A stretch of 64,000 bases of DNA from an uncultured Bacteroides sp. (lineage in GTDB: Bacteria > Bacteroidota > Bacteroidia > Bacteroidales > UBA932): the NCBI GenBank assembly GCA_900546925.1, contig UREV01000008.1:7965-71964 (forward strand). Direction: 5' to 3'. The notes under the pieces were generated by a model that ran no database searches, was not told the origin of the DNA, and was given only the letters and a program-made list of their open reading frames with translations. Positions 20,290 to 30,485 of this stretch are shown piece by piece. Each line of letters starts with the position of its first letter. Position 1 is the stretch's first letter. A program made the translations under genes and the position numbers.

Positions 20290-21798
20290 TTAAGAAGCAC
20301 TTAATTTCGGACTTTTTTTGCTGTTGTCAGAGTAAATCATCAAAAACTGGTCTCCAGACTGCAATTCTACCTGTCCGTCAGGAACTATAAATTCGTCATC
20401 TCTACGTATAATTACCACACGTGCGCCTTCCGGCAGCTGAATTTCCTTCAGTGTGTTTCCGTTTTCCAAGTCGTCGTCAGTGAGAGTATAGTCCTGCAGT
20501 TTTCCGGCTTCCTCAGGAATTTCAATGCCGAAAGTCTCAGGAATCTTCTCCATAGGAAGGTTCAGATGCAGCATTTTTGCTACTCTCGGTATGGACATTC
20601 CCTGGAAAATAAGTGACAGTAAAGTGATGAAGAACACGATGTTGAATATCTGTTCGGATCCAGGTATGCCTTCGATTATCGGATAAGTGGCGAAAATAAT
20701 AGGTACTGCGCCTTTGAGACCTACCCAGGAGGTGAAAAGTTTAGCCCTGAATGATATCTTTCTGAACGGAATCAGGCAGAGGAAAACGGTAAGCGGACGT
20801 CCTATGAAAATCATGAAAAGACCGATTAATAGTGCAATCGGTGCCACATGCATCATCTGCTTAGGATTTACGAGCAGTCCTAAACTGAGGAACATTCCGA
20901 TTTGCATAATCCAGGTCATGCCGTCCATGAAAGACAATATTTCTTTCCTGCTGTTCATAGGATGGTTCCCGATATACAGGCCGGCGATGTAGACGGCGAG
21001 ATAGCCGTTTCCATGTATAGTCTGTGTCATGGAGAATGCGAATAGGCTGACAGCCAGCAACATGATGGAATAAATCGAGGCGCTGAGCTTAATCTTCTTT
21101 AGAAGATGCACGCTTGCGAATCCCACTGCAAGACCCATCAGGGTACCGATTGCCATTTGTATAACCAGAGTCACGAGTGAGCCTAAAATGATCTGTTTGT
21201 AATCTATTCCGACTATGCTTGAAGCCGGGTCGAACAGAAGTTTTGCCACCTGTATCAGCACGATAGTCAGCACATAAGCCATCGGGTCATTACTACCGGA
21301 CTCGAGCTCAAGCATCGGCCTCAAGTTCTGTTTCAGCCTCATGTTGCAGTTCTTCAATATGCTGAAGACCGAAGCGGAATCCGTAGACGACATCACCGCG
21401 GCGAGCAAGAAGCACATGACGATGGACAGCGACAGTCCGATTTTCTCTATTCTGGACAGGAAAAATATAAACAGACCAGTGAAGATGACCGTCAGCAGGA
21501 CACCTGCCGTCGATAAGACAATACCCGGTCCGAGCACAGGCCGTATCTCCTTTATCTTGGTCTCCATGCCGCCCGTAAACAGTATGACGCAGAGCGCCAC
21601 GATGCTGAGGAATTGCACTAGATTATAGTTGTCGAAAACCAGTCCGACACCATCACTTCCGAACAACATTCCCACGAGCAGGAACACAAGGAGGGAAGGG
21701 ACGCCATACTTCGTTCCGGTTCTCGAGACCAATATGGCTGTGAAGACGAGAATGGAACTGATGAGAAAAATATTCTCAGATGGTATTATCGAATGCAT
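20290..21798 (-). CDS. K+/H+ antiporter (CvrA/NhaP2) with TrkA-C domain
   Basis: SSTDSASVF, LELESGSNDP, WVGLKGAVPI, C-terminal RCK-C. Confidence 0.9.
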   Translation of the reverse strand: MHSIIPSENIFLISSILVFTAILVSRTGTKYGVPSLLVFLLVGMLFGSDGVGLVFDNYNLVQFLSIVALCVILFTGGMETKIKEIRPVLGPGIVLSTAGVLLTVIFTGLFIFFLSRIEKIGLSLSIVMCFLLAAVMSSTDSASVFSILKNCNMRLKQNLRPMLELESGSNDPMAYVLTIVLIQVAKLLFDPASSIVGIDYKQIILGSLVTLVIQMAIGTLMGLAVGFASVHLLKKIKLSASIYSIMLLAVSLFAFSMTQTIHGNGYLAVYIAGLYIGNHPMNSRKEILSFMDGMTWIMQIGMFLSLGLLVNPKQMMHVAPIALLIGLFMIFIGRPLTVFLCLIPFRKISFRAKLFTSWVGLKGAVPIIFATYPIIEGIPGSEQIFNIVFFITLLSLIFQGMSIPRVAKMLHLNLPMEKIPETFGIEIPEEAGKLQDYTLTDDDLENGNTLKEIQLPEGARVVIIRRDDEFIVPDGQVELQSGDQFLMIYSDNSKKSPKLSAS

Positions 21799-21813
21799 AT
21801 CGTGTCTATTCTT

Positions 21814-22455
21814 TTAAGTCTTATTGGCTTTATTGAATTCCCGGCACCATGCCGTAAGTCCGCATTTGTCGCAGTGCGGAGCCCGTGCCGTGCAAATGTA
21901 TCGTCCCTGCAGGATAAGCCAATGATGTGATATCGCTCTTCTGTTTTCCGGAATGTGGCTTTCCAACTCCTTGCCCACACTTTCCGGCGTCTTTTCGTCC
22001 GATAACCCGAGGCGGTGTGCCACGCGGAAAACATGTGTATCCACAGCTATGACAGGTTTATCGTAAACTATTGAGGCTATGACGTTTGCGGTCTTTCTCC
22101 CGACTCCCGGAAGTTTCATCAGATCGTCGATGTCCGACGGAACCTCGCCCCCGAAATCCGCCGAAAGCATCTGCGCCATCGCTATCAGGTGCCGCGCCTT
22201 GCTGTTCGGGTAGGAAATGCTTCGCACCAGCGGAAAAAGTTCTTCAAAAGTGGTTGAGGCCAATGCCTTTGCGTCCGGATATTTCACGAAGATGTCAGGC
22301 GTGACCATGTTTACACGCTTGTCCGTGCACTGGGCCGACAATATGACTGCTATAAGAAGATGAAAAGGAGAATCATAATGCAGTTCAGATTCTGCAATCG
22401 GAACATTCTCCTCAAACCACTTTATTATATTGTAGTATCTCTCCGCCTTAGTCAT
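21814..22455 (-). CDS. nth: Endonuclease III
   Basis: LSAQCTD, LPGVGRKTA, VDTHVFR, C-terminal four-Cys 4Fe-4S motif. Confidence 0.95.
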   Translation of the reverse strand: MTKAERYYNIIKWFEENVPIAESELHYDSPFHLLIAVILSAQCTDKRVNMVTPDIFVKYPDAKALASTTFEELFPLVRSISYPNSKARHLIAMAQMLSADFGGEVPSDIDDLMKLPGVGRKTANVIASIVYDKPVIAVDTHVFRVAHRLGLSDEKTPESVGKELESHIPENRRAISHHWLILQGRYICTARAPHCDKCGLTAWCREFNKANKT

Positions 22456-22462
22456 AAATTAT

Positions 22463-23149
22463 CTATTTCATTTCTCTGCAAGCCTCGTCCTTGCAGACAA
22501 ATACCCTGCCAGGATAGTTCTCGAAGATGGATTTATTATGCGTAACCATCACTACGGCAGTGCCTTTCGTGTGGTTAATTCTCGTAAGAAGCTTCATGAT
22601 GCCGTCCGCGGTCTCGTTGTCGAGATTACCGGTAGGCTCATCAGCGATGATTACACCGGGCTCGTTCAGCAGAGATCTTGCAATGGCGATTCTCTGCTGC
22701 TCTCCGCCGGAAAGCTGGTGTGGCATCTTATGAGACTTGGATGTCATGCCGACATTGTCGAGGACCTCGGTGATTCTCTTGGAGATGGCATCCCCATCTT
22801 TCCATCCGGTGGCCTTGAGTACAAATTCCAAGTTTTCTTCTACGGTTCTGTCCATAAGTAACTGGAAGTCCTGGAATACGACTCCTATCTTGCGCCTCAG
22901 GAATGGAATTTCCTTATCTTTAATGGTCGCCAAATTATAACCGCAGACGGTTCCGAAACCCTTTTCAAGCGGGTTTTCCGCAATCATGGTCCTAATGATG
23001 GATGTCTTTCCGGTACCCACTTTACCCACTATATACACGAAGTCTCCAGGATATACATCCATATCCAATCCGTATATCACAGGCGTTTCGCCATTCACGA
23101 TTACCGCTTCTTTAAAAGATATTACAGGCTCTTCCATTTCACTCTTCAT
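22463..23149 (-). CDS. ABC ATP-binding protein, FtsE-like
   Basis: [35 protein letters not shown]. Confidence 0.85.
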   Translation of the reverse strand: MKSEMEEPVISFKEAVIVNGETPVIYGLDMDVYPGDFVYIVGKVGTGKTSIIRTMIAENPLEKGFGTVCGYNLATIKDKEIPFLRRKIGVVFQDFQLLMDRTVEENLEFVLKATGWKDGDAISKRITEVLDNVGMTSKSHKMPHQLSGGEQQRIAIARSLLNEPGVIIADEPTGNLDNETADGIMKLLTRINHTKGTAVVMVTHNKSIFENYPGRVFVCKDEACREMK

Positions 23150-23290
23150 TTTTCAGCAGAGCAATTTACGAAAAAAATCTGGTATGGCCATGTAATTTCT
23201 CTCTTAAAATAGAATTTTTTTCTAAAATTATCGTACATTCGCATCGCTCAGTAAAATGGACGCAATAAACAAATGAAAAATTTCTGAAAG

Positions 23291-24466
23291 ATGAAAAAAC
23301 AAACATTGGCTATCCATACTGCATATCCTTCCAAGGATGCTTATGGTGCACTCAGCATGCCGGTTTATCATGCGGCTGCTTATGAATTCGACAATGCAGC
23401 CGATATGGCTGACGCATTCTGTGGCAGAGTAACCGCTCCTGACTACTCCAGAGTAATGAATCCTACAGTCATGAATTTGGAGAATCGTGTAAAGGCATTG
23501 ACAGGAGCCCAGGCGGTAGTCGCATTGAACTCAGGTATGGCGGCGATCAGCAACACTCTTCTCGCATTGGCGTCAGCAGGCAAGAATATCGTGTCTTCAC
23601 GTCACATGTTCGGCAATACATATTCTCTTATAACTGAAACACTTCCGCGCTTCGGTGTGGAATCCCATGCCTGTGACCTCACCGATTTGAGCCAGGTGGA
23701 GAAGGCCGTAGATGAGAATACTTGCTGTATCTTCCTGGAGATTATCACAAACCCTCAGGTAGAAGTCGCGGACCTGGCAGCATTGGCCCAGATCGCTCAC
23801 AGACACGGAATTCCGCTGATTGCAGATACCACTATGATTCCTTTTACAGAATTTTCTTCTCATAAACTCGGCGTGGATATCGAGGTGGTTTCCAGTACGA
23901 AATATCTTTCAGGCGGCGCTACTACCATCGGCGGCCTGATTATCGATTACGGCGGATTCCCTGATTTCTCAAAACGCATAAAAGGGGAGTTGCTTTTCAA
24001 CTTGGGCGCATACATGACTCCTCATGTCGCTTATATGCAAACACTTGGTATTGAGACTCTTGAGGCTCGTTATCGTATCCAGTCGTCCAATGCTCTCGAG
24101 CTTGCCTGCCGTCTGGAGAAGACTCCTGGTATCAAGCATGTCGGATATGTAGGTCTGGAATCAAGTCCATATCACGAGTTGGCTGCAAAGCAGTTCGGTC
24201 CTACAGCCGGCGCTATGATCACGATAGACCTCGAAAGTAAAGAAGATTGTTTCCATTTCATTGACAGTCTTAAACTTATATATCGTGCGACGAATCTTTT
24301 CGACAGCCGTACACTGGCCATTCATCCTGCCAGCACCATTTTCGGACCGTTCAGCGATGAGAAGCGTAGGGAGATGGATGTGCTCGACACGACGATAAGA
24401 CTTTCTATCGGACTGGAAGATGTCGACGACATTTATGAGGATATAGTTCAAGCATTGAAAAAGTAA
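23291..24466 (+). CDS. O-acetylhomoserine sulfhydrylase / Cys-Met metabolism PLP enzyme
   Basis: YSRVMNPT, SGMAAI, SSTKYLSG, IHPASTI, IRLSIGLE. Confidence 0.88.
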   Translation: MKKQTLAIHTAYPSKDAYGALSMPVYHAAAYEFDNAADMADAFCGRVTAPDYSRVMNPTVMNLENRVKALTGAQAVVALNSGMAAISNTLLALASAGKNIVSSRHMFGNTYSLITETLPRFGVESHACDLTDLSQVEKAVDENTCCIFLEIITNPQVEVADLAALAQIAHRHGIPLIADTTMIPFTEFSSHKLGVDIEVVSSTKYLSGGATTIGGLIIDYGGFPDFSKRIKGELLFNLGAYMTPHVAYMQTLGIETLEARYRIQSSNALELACRLEKTPGIKHVGYVGLESSPYHELAAKQFGPTAGAMITIDLESKEDCFHFIDSLKLIYRATNLFDSRTLAIHPASTIFGPFSDEKRREMDVLDTTIRLSIGLEDVDDIYEDIVQALKK

Positions 24467-24467
24467 T

Positions 24468-25643
24468 ATGGCAGAGTATAATTTCGACAAAGTTATAGAC
24501 CGTCATGGCACTGGGGCGTTGAAATTGGATGTCCTGAAGGAGCGTTATGGCAGGGATGATCTTATTCCTCTTTGGGTCGCTGATATGGATTTCGAGACCC
24601 CGGACTTCATTTTGGACGCTATAAAGAAGCGTTTAGAGCACCCAATCTTGGGATATTGCAAGGATCCTCAGGATTTGTGGCCGTCGGTTATCGACTGGAT
24701 AAAATCTCATCACGGATGGGAAGTGAAACGTGAGTGGCTTCGTTACATCCCTGGTATCGTAAAGGGTATCGGTATGGTTATCAATGTCTTTACGAAGTCT
24801 GACGAGAAGGTTATCATCCAGCCTCCTGTATATCATCCGTTCCGTCTTACTCCGGAGGGAAACGATAGGGAAGTGGTGATGAATCCTCTCCGCGAGAATC
24901 CGGACGGTTCGTATTCCATGGATTTCGAGAATCTCGAGCAGGTCGCTGACGAGAAATGCAAGGTGCTCATCTTGTCGAATCCTCATAACCCGGCCGGTAT
25001 AGTTTGGGACAGGGAGACATTGACAAAACTCGCGCATTTCTGTCATACTCACGGCATTCTGGTGATTTCGGACGAGATTCACTGCGATATGGCGCTTTGG
25101 GGGAACAAGCATATTCCGTTCGCGTCGGTTTCTGACGAGGCGGCTGCGTGCAGCATCTCTTTCGGGGCTCCGACCAAGACTTTCAATATGGCCGGTATCG
25201 TAAGTTCGTACTGCGTCGTTCCGAATGAGAAAATTCGTGAGAAGTTCTTCAAATGGCTGTCGGCCAATGAGTTCGACGATCCGAATATGTTCGCGCCTTT
25301 CGCCACTATCGCGGCTTTCCGCCAGGGCGAGGAATGGCGTAGGTCAATGCTGAAGTACGTGGAGGCTAATATCGATTTCGTTATCGACTGGTGTGCAGTG
25401 AATATTCCTGCTGTGAAGCCGCTCCGTCCTCAGGCGTCGTTCCTGGTGTGGTTGGATTGCAGGGCGCTGGGCCTGGATCATGAGCATCTCGTGGATTTGT
25501 TCGTGAACAAGGCGCATCTGGCGCTGAATGACGGCGAGATGTTCGGACACGGCGGCGAGGGCTTTATGCGTCTTAATGTGGCTAGTCCGCGTTCTGTCCT
25601 GGAGCAGGCGCTGGAGCAGTTGAGGGTTGCGATAAACCTTTAG
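24468..25643 (+). CDS. MalY/PatB-family cystathionine beta-lyase
   Basis: PLWVADMDF, SNPHNPAG, SDEIHCD, PTKTFNMAG. Confidence 0.92.
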   Translation: MAEYNFDKVIDRHGTGALKLDVLKERYGRDDLIPLWVADMDFETPDFILDAIKKRLEHPILGYCKDPQDLWPSVIDWIKSHHGWEVKREWLRYIPGIVKGIGMVINVFTKSDEKVIIQPPVYHPFRLTPEGNDREVVMNPLRENPDGSYSMDFENLEQVADEKCKVLILSNPHNPAGIVWDRETLTKLAHFCHTHGILVISDEIHCDMALWGNKHIPFASVSDEAAACSISFGAPTKTFNMAGIVSSYCVVPNEKIREKFFKWLSANEFDDPNMFAPFATIAAFRQGEEWRRSMLKYVEANIDFVIDWCAVNIPAVKPLRPQASFLVWLDCRALGLDHEHLVDLFVNKAHLALNDGEMFGHGGEGFMRLNVASPRSVLEQALEQLRVAINL

Positions 25644-25847
25644 GACTTGAAGTTCGCGCGGGCTCGTATTATTTTTACGGCTTGAGCGACTGCTCCAGCC
25701 TATCACGTTACCCCCACCCTAAATCCCTCCCTCGGGGTGAGGGACTTACCTTCGCTGGAGGCTCAAATTGCCGGGTTGCGATAAACCTTTAAGGGCTTGA
25801 AGCTCGCGCGGGCAAGAAGTGTTTTTCACGGCTAGTGCGACTGCTCC
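25624..25847 (+). repeat. Degenerate ~75-bp direct repeat (25624-25696 / 25773-25847) flanking a short hairpin element
   Basis: GGGTTGCGATAAACCTTTA...GCGACTGCTCC occurs twice; CCCACCCTAAATCCCTCCCTCGGGGTGAGGGACTT lies between the copies. Confidence 0.75.
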
Positions 25848-25861
25848 CTAGAATACAAAAT

Positions 25862-25901
25862 AATCGCGGGTCGGAAGCTTGTTGGCTGCCGGCCCGCGAT
25901 T
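25862..25901. terminator. Bidirectional terminator
   Basis: AATCGCGGGTCGG...CCGGCCCGCGATT between convergent genes. Confidence 0.7.
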
Positions 25902-25921
25902 GTTATTATCTTGTATCTGGA

Positions 25922-27136
25922 TTAGATTCCGAGATAGTTAATGATGCCGGTTACGGCAGTCTTGGCTGAAGCTACTGCCTCCACTACGGTGGCAGGGCCC
26001 AAAATCAGGTCGCCGGCGATGAAAACACCAGGGAGACTGGTCTGCTGTGATTCGTCAGTGACGAGCCAACCTCTATTAGTCTCAGGCTTTTCGTCTCCGA
26101 AAATGCTGTTGTCGATACTTGCGCTGATGGCTACAAGCATACTGTCGAACTCTACCTTGTGGTCTGAACCCTCTATCATCTTGGTAGATACGCGTCCGTC
26201 AGCCCCTACGACATTCTCACATTTTCTCATGACAGCGATGTTGTTGCCCTCGATAGCTACAGGAACCTCGAAAACGCAGAACTTCACGCCTTCCTCTTGA
26301 GCTTCCTTCACCTCGAGTGTATTCGCAGGCATGTTCTCGAAAGTCTTTCTATAATATACTGTGACATCGTGACCCTGTCTGAGCGCTGTACGGCTGGCAT
26401 CCATAGTGACATTTCCGCCTCCGATTACGAGAACTCTATCTCCAAGCTTATAAGAATCCGGATCCTTCAGATAATCAAGAGCATAGAGAATATTAGGATT
26501 ATCCTCTCCCGGGATATCCAATCTTCTCGGAACGGCTGCTCCGGTAGCGATGAACACAGCATCGTAGTTCTCTCTCAATTCCTTTACGGAGATATCCCGG
26601 CCGATGCGCTTGCCACCTATGAATTCGATACCGGCTTCCGACATGATGCGGTCGTACTGCTCGATGTATTTGCGGCTCAGTCTGAATTCAGGAATACCAT
26701 AACGGAGTACGCCTCCAGGAAGAGGATTCTCGTCATAAATCACGACCTCACATCCGTGCTCCCTGAGAATGAACGCTGCCGTTATGCCGGCAGGACCGGC
26801 ACCGACGATAGCCACTTTCTTTCCGTTAGGAGTGCCCGGCGTGATGGAGGCATGGAAAAGATACTTTCCGGTAATCTCAGCCTCGATTTCATGCCACTTT
26901 ACAGGCATCTTCTTTGCGTTCAAGACGCAATGCCCGTAACAAGCCTTGCTCCAATCGCATACGCGGCTAGTGATAGCTGAGAATGGGTTGTTCGCAAAAA
27001 GGAGACGGGCTGCTTCTTCGCCACGTCCCTCTTTATATAGTCTGATAGATGTAGGTACATCTGTCTTTACGGCACATGCTGCCGAACATTTTGGTATTTT
27101 ACATAACAGGCATCTTCCTGCTTCTGAGTTGATCAT
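25922..27136 (-). CDS. GltD / dihydropyrimidine-dehydrogenase-like NAD(P)/FAD oxidoreductase
   Basis: RCLLC..PKC...C Fe-S motif, GAGPAG, YGIPEFRL, GGGNV, AGD...GP.TVV. Confidence 0.88.
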   Translation of the reverse strand: MINSEAGRCLLCKIPKCSAACAVKTDVPTSIRLYKEGRGEEAARLLFANNPFSAITSRVCDWSKACYGHCVLNAKKMPVKWHEIEAEITGKYLFHASITPGTPNGKKVAIVGAGPAGITAAFILREHGCEVVIYDENPLPGGVLRYGIPEFRLSRKYIEQYDRIMSEAGIEFIGGKRIGRDISVKELRENYDAVFIATGAAVPRRLDIPGEDNPNILYALDYLKDPDSYKLGDRVLVIGGGNVTMDASRTALRQGHDVTVYYRKTFENMPANTLEVKEAQEEGVKFCVFEVPVAIEGNNIAVMRKCENVVGADGRVSTKMIEGSDHKVEFDSMLVAISASIDNSIFGDEKPETNRGWLVTDESQQTSLPGVFIAGDLILGPATVVEAVASAKTAVTGIINYLGI

Positions 27137-27206
27137 AGCTTTAATTGTTTGTCTACGGCCGGCAAAGGTAAGAAGAATATTTGTTATTACAAAACGATTT
27201 TAATGT

Positions 27207-28256
27207 TTACTTGCCGTGTCCACCCTCCCCCTTATTGTTGAAGTACACCGTATTCGAAAGCCTGCTGGACTTGCTGACCATATTCATAGGCTCCGAAGCC
27301 CATTTGCTTTTGTTTACGAATGATATTCCAGTGGCAGGAGGAACGATACAAGAGAAGAAATGACTGTTGAATATACCCCACTTGAATATACGGCTCCTGG
27401 TCTTCTTCTGCAATTCGTTCAGCTTCAGGACTTTTATAATGGTCTTTCTCTTCGAATTATAATCCTCGTGAGTCATCATCTGCAGACCTCTGTAATACAT
27501 GTTCACGCTCATGCGCCGGTACTGCTTGCGCAGTTTTCCGGATACGTCTGACGAGCATCTCGCGAAGGTTCCTGCCAATGAGAATGAACACTGGAGGCTG
27601 GAAAGTTTGTGGGCGGCCCTGATGGTGTCCGGATGCACCCTATATGCGTAAAACTCCATCGGAGTGTACACGCACCTGAGATTTCTGCAGAAAAGCCTTG
27701 CGAAAAGTTCCGGATCCTCGTCGAACGAGAAACTTTCGTCGAAAAGGAGTCCATTCATCTTTTCTTTCCGGATCAATGCCAAGAAGAACGACAATTCTCC
27801 GGCGAATCCGTCACGGAGCATTCTATGTCTGCTTATTACTTTATTGGCCACGCAGTTGTGACGCCTGTGAGATGTGATTTTCTTTCCGTCCTCATCCACA
27901 TATACATATTCGCCTTTTACGATATCTGCATGATGCTTTTCAGCCAAGCCGTGCAAGGTGGAAAGTGTGTCTGGAGAAAACCAGAAATCATCGGCATTGA
28001 CAAATATAACATACTGGCCTTCAGCCCTTTCGAGACCATAGTTCTTGGCGGAAGCCGGGCCGTCGTTCTTTTTGTGGAATACTCTTACTCGATGGTCGTC
28101 ATTTGCATATTTGTCGCAGATGGTGCCCGTTGAATCCTTGCTTCCGTCATCTACGAGAAGCAATTCAAAATCTTTATATGTCTGTCCGAGAATGCTTTCT
28201 ACGCAGGCATGGACGTATTTTTCAGCGTTATATAGCGGTACAATAATCGAAATCAT
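27207..28256 (-). CDS. Glycosyltransferase family 2
   Basis: ISIIVPLYN, VDDGSKD, NYGL; the DXD site reads FVNADD; an alternative GTG start lies at 28280. Confidence 0.85.
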   Translation of the reverse strand: MISIIVPLYNAEKYVHACVESILGQTYKDFELLLVDDGSKDSTGTICDKYANDDHRVRVFHKKNDGPASAKNYGLERAEGQYVIFVNADDFWFSPDTLSTLHGLAEKHHADIVKGEYVYVDEDGKKITSHRRHNCVANKVISRHRMLRDGFAGELSFFLALIRKEKMNGLLFDESFSFDEDPELFARLFCRNLRCVYTPMEFYAYRVHPDTIRAAHKLSSLQCSFSLAGTFARCSSDVSGKLRKQYRRMSVNMYYRGLQMMTHEDYNSKRKTIIKVLKLNELQKKTRSRIFKWGIFNSHFFSCIVPPATGISFVNKSKWASEPMNMVSKSSRLSNTVYFNNKGEGGHGK

Positions 28257-28478
28257 AGCAATTTTCACGTTCTCTCTCACAAAAATAATACATACTATGA
28301 TAATATCAAAACGAATTAATATATATATATTGGTTAATGTTACGTTTGTGTTCTCGAATAGACATTTTATTAATTTTGTGTACCTTTGTGCTCGTATAAT
28401 TTGAATTTCACCTGACTTTTTATGGGTATCCGGAATCCATTTATCAGGGTGAAGTTCCTAAACACCAATCTTTTAGTA

Positions 28479-30485
28479 ATGAAAAACATTTGGAGCTGCC
28501 GTGCGGCAGTGGTCCTTTTTCTTTTGACATCTGCGGGAGTTTTCTCAGTTTCCGCGGAAAACGGACAGGACAATCATCCAGTAAGACTAGATTCTGTTTC
28601 AGTAACGGGGAGCCGTGTACCTGTAGCATTGGGCAAAAGTGCCAGAATCGTCACACTCATGGACAGCACCACCCTCGCTTCACTCCCTGTGCAGAGTGTC
28701 AATGATCTTCTGAAATATGTGGCAGGCATAGATGTACGCCAGCGTGGAGATCTTGGTGCCCAGACTGATATCAGTATGAGAGGAGGTACAAGCGACCAGA
28801 TAGCAGTATTCCTTAATGGTATAAATATCTGCGATCCGCAGACAGGACATAATGCAGTCGATTTCCCTGTAGACGTACATGATATCGACCGGATCGAAGT
28901 GCTTTCGGGCCCTGCAGGCGTGGCATATGGTTCATCATCATTGACAGGAGCCATAAATATCGTCACTAAAAAAGCTGCGGGACGCGAAGTTTCAGCTCAC
29001 GCCGAGGGCGGTTCTTTCGGCTTTTTCGACGGTGGGGCTTCGTTCGGCTGGACGGCGGGAGATTTTTCTTCCAAACTTTCGGCTTCATACCTTCGCTCAG
29101 ACGGTTTCAACCATAATTCTGAGGGTGGTCTCAATACTGATTATCAGACAGTTAAGGCTTTCTGGCAGGGTTCGTACAAGACTTCTGCAGCTGATATCGA
29201 CTGGCATGCAGGCGTGAGTGTCAGGGACTTTGGTTCCAATACCTTCTACAGTGCCAAGTTCGATAACCAGTTCGAGCACACCATGAAGACTTACGGAGCG
29301 GTATCAGCCCAGACTCATGGATTTATAAAGTTCAAACCTTCTGTTTACTGGAACCGCAGCGAGGACCGTTTCGAACTCGTCCGCGATAATCCTGACAAGG
29401 TCCCGTTCAACTATCATCGTACAAGTGTCTGGGGTGTAAACCTGAACAGCTGGTTCGAGACCGTGGCCGGAAAAACTGCCTTCGGCGCGGAAATGAGAAA
29501 TGAAGACCTCTTGAGCACGAATCTCGGTGAGCCGCTCGCTTCTCCTAAAAAGATACATGGCGACGCTGAGAAGACTTACGCCAAAGGACTTAACAGAACA
29601 AATATCAGCCTGTTCCTGGAGCACTCCATCGACATAGCCAACGTTTCTGCATCTGCAGGCGTGGCTGCCGTGAAGAACACCGGAAACGAGGATGATTTCA
29701 AATTCTATCCGGGTGTGAATGTCAGCTGGCGTTTCCTCGGTGACTGGAAAGTCTATGCGTCCTACAACTCGTCCCTCCGTATGCCGACTTTCACCGAGCT
29801 CTATTATTCGGTCGGTGGCCATGCGGCGGACAAGAACCTGAAGGCCGAAAAGATGCAGTCTGTCGAGGGGGGACTCCGTTTCTCTCGTCCTTGGATCAAT
29901 GCCGTGGCGACTGTTTATTACAACATGGGAAGCGACATGATCGACTGGACCAAGGATTTGTCTGAAGGCGAAGACGCTCCGTGGCGTTCGTGCAACTATA
30001 CGAAAATCAACACTTTCGGTCAGGAGTTTTCTGCTAGAGTAGATTTTCCGAGGATGCTGGTCCGTGACGATTTCTTCCTGAGAAACATCGATGTCACATA
30101 CAGTCACATTTCCCAGGACAAGAAACTCGGTTCTACCGTGCAGTCCAAATATGCGCTCGAATATCTCAAGCACAAAGTGGTCGTGAGATCCGATTTCCAT
30201 ATCTGGAAGAATTTGAGTGCCAATGCTGCATGGCGTTGGCAGGAGAGGGAAGGAAACTACGAGTTGTTCGAGAACAAGGTTTCCAAAGGAATGGTTGCTT
30301 ACAGGCCATATTCTCTTGTGGACGTAAGGCTTTCCTGGGACTCTGCTTTCCGTCGTGGACCTTCGTATAATGTTTATGTAGAAGTAAATAACCTTCTCGA
30401 CCATAAGTATTTCGACTATGGTAACGTTCCTCAGCCAGGTATTATGGCCAAGGCGGGTATTATATTGAATGTAGGACTCAGATAA
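28479..30485 (+). CDS. TonB-dependent receptor (BtuB-like plug plus barrel)
   Basis: LDSVSVTGSR, SMRGG, DRIEVLSGP...GAINIVTK, R.PTF.ELY, C-terminal NLLD. Confidence 0.9.
   Translation: MKNIWSCRAAVVLFLLTSAGVFSVSAENGQDNHPVRLDSVSVTGSRVPVALGKSARIVTLMDSTTLASLPVQSVNDLLKYVAGIDVRQRGDLGAQTDISMRGGTSDQIAVFLNGINICDPQTGHNAVDFPVDVHDIDRIEVLSGPAGVAYGSSSLTGAINIVTKKAAGREVSAHAEGGSFGFFDGGASFGWTAGDFSSKLSASYLRSDGFNHNSEGGLNTDYQTVKAFWQGSYKTSAADIDWHAGVSVRDFGSNTFYSAKFDNQFEHTMKTYGAVSAQTHGFIKFKPSVYWNRSEDRFELVRDNPDKVPFNYHRTSVWGVNLNSWFETVAGKTAFGAEMRNEDLLSTNLGEPLASPKKIHGDAEKTYAKGLNRTNISLFLEHSIDIANVSASAGVAAVKNTGNEDDFKFYPGVNVSWRFLGDWKVYASYNSSLRMPTFTELYYSVGGHAADKNLKAEKMQSVEGGLRFSRPWINAVATVYYNMGSDMIDWTKDLSEGEDAPWRSCNYTKINTFGQEFSARVDFPRMLVRDDFFLRNIDVTYSHISQDKKLGSTVQSKYALEYLKHKVVVRSDFHIWKNLSANAAWRWQEREGNYELFENKVSKGMVAYRPYSLVDVRLSWDSAFRRGPSYNVYVEVNNLLDHKYFDYGNVPQPGIMAKAGIILNVGLR

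Noticed and set aside
28381..28478. Cobalamin riboswitch upstream of the BtuB-like receptor
   Set aside because: Only one simple hairpin (GAATTTCACCTGA...TCAGGGTGAAGTTC); no GGGAA/GCCACTG/B12-box motifs, and the leader is too short.
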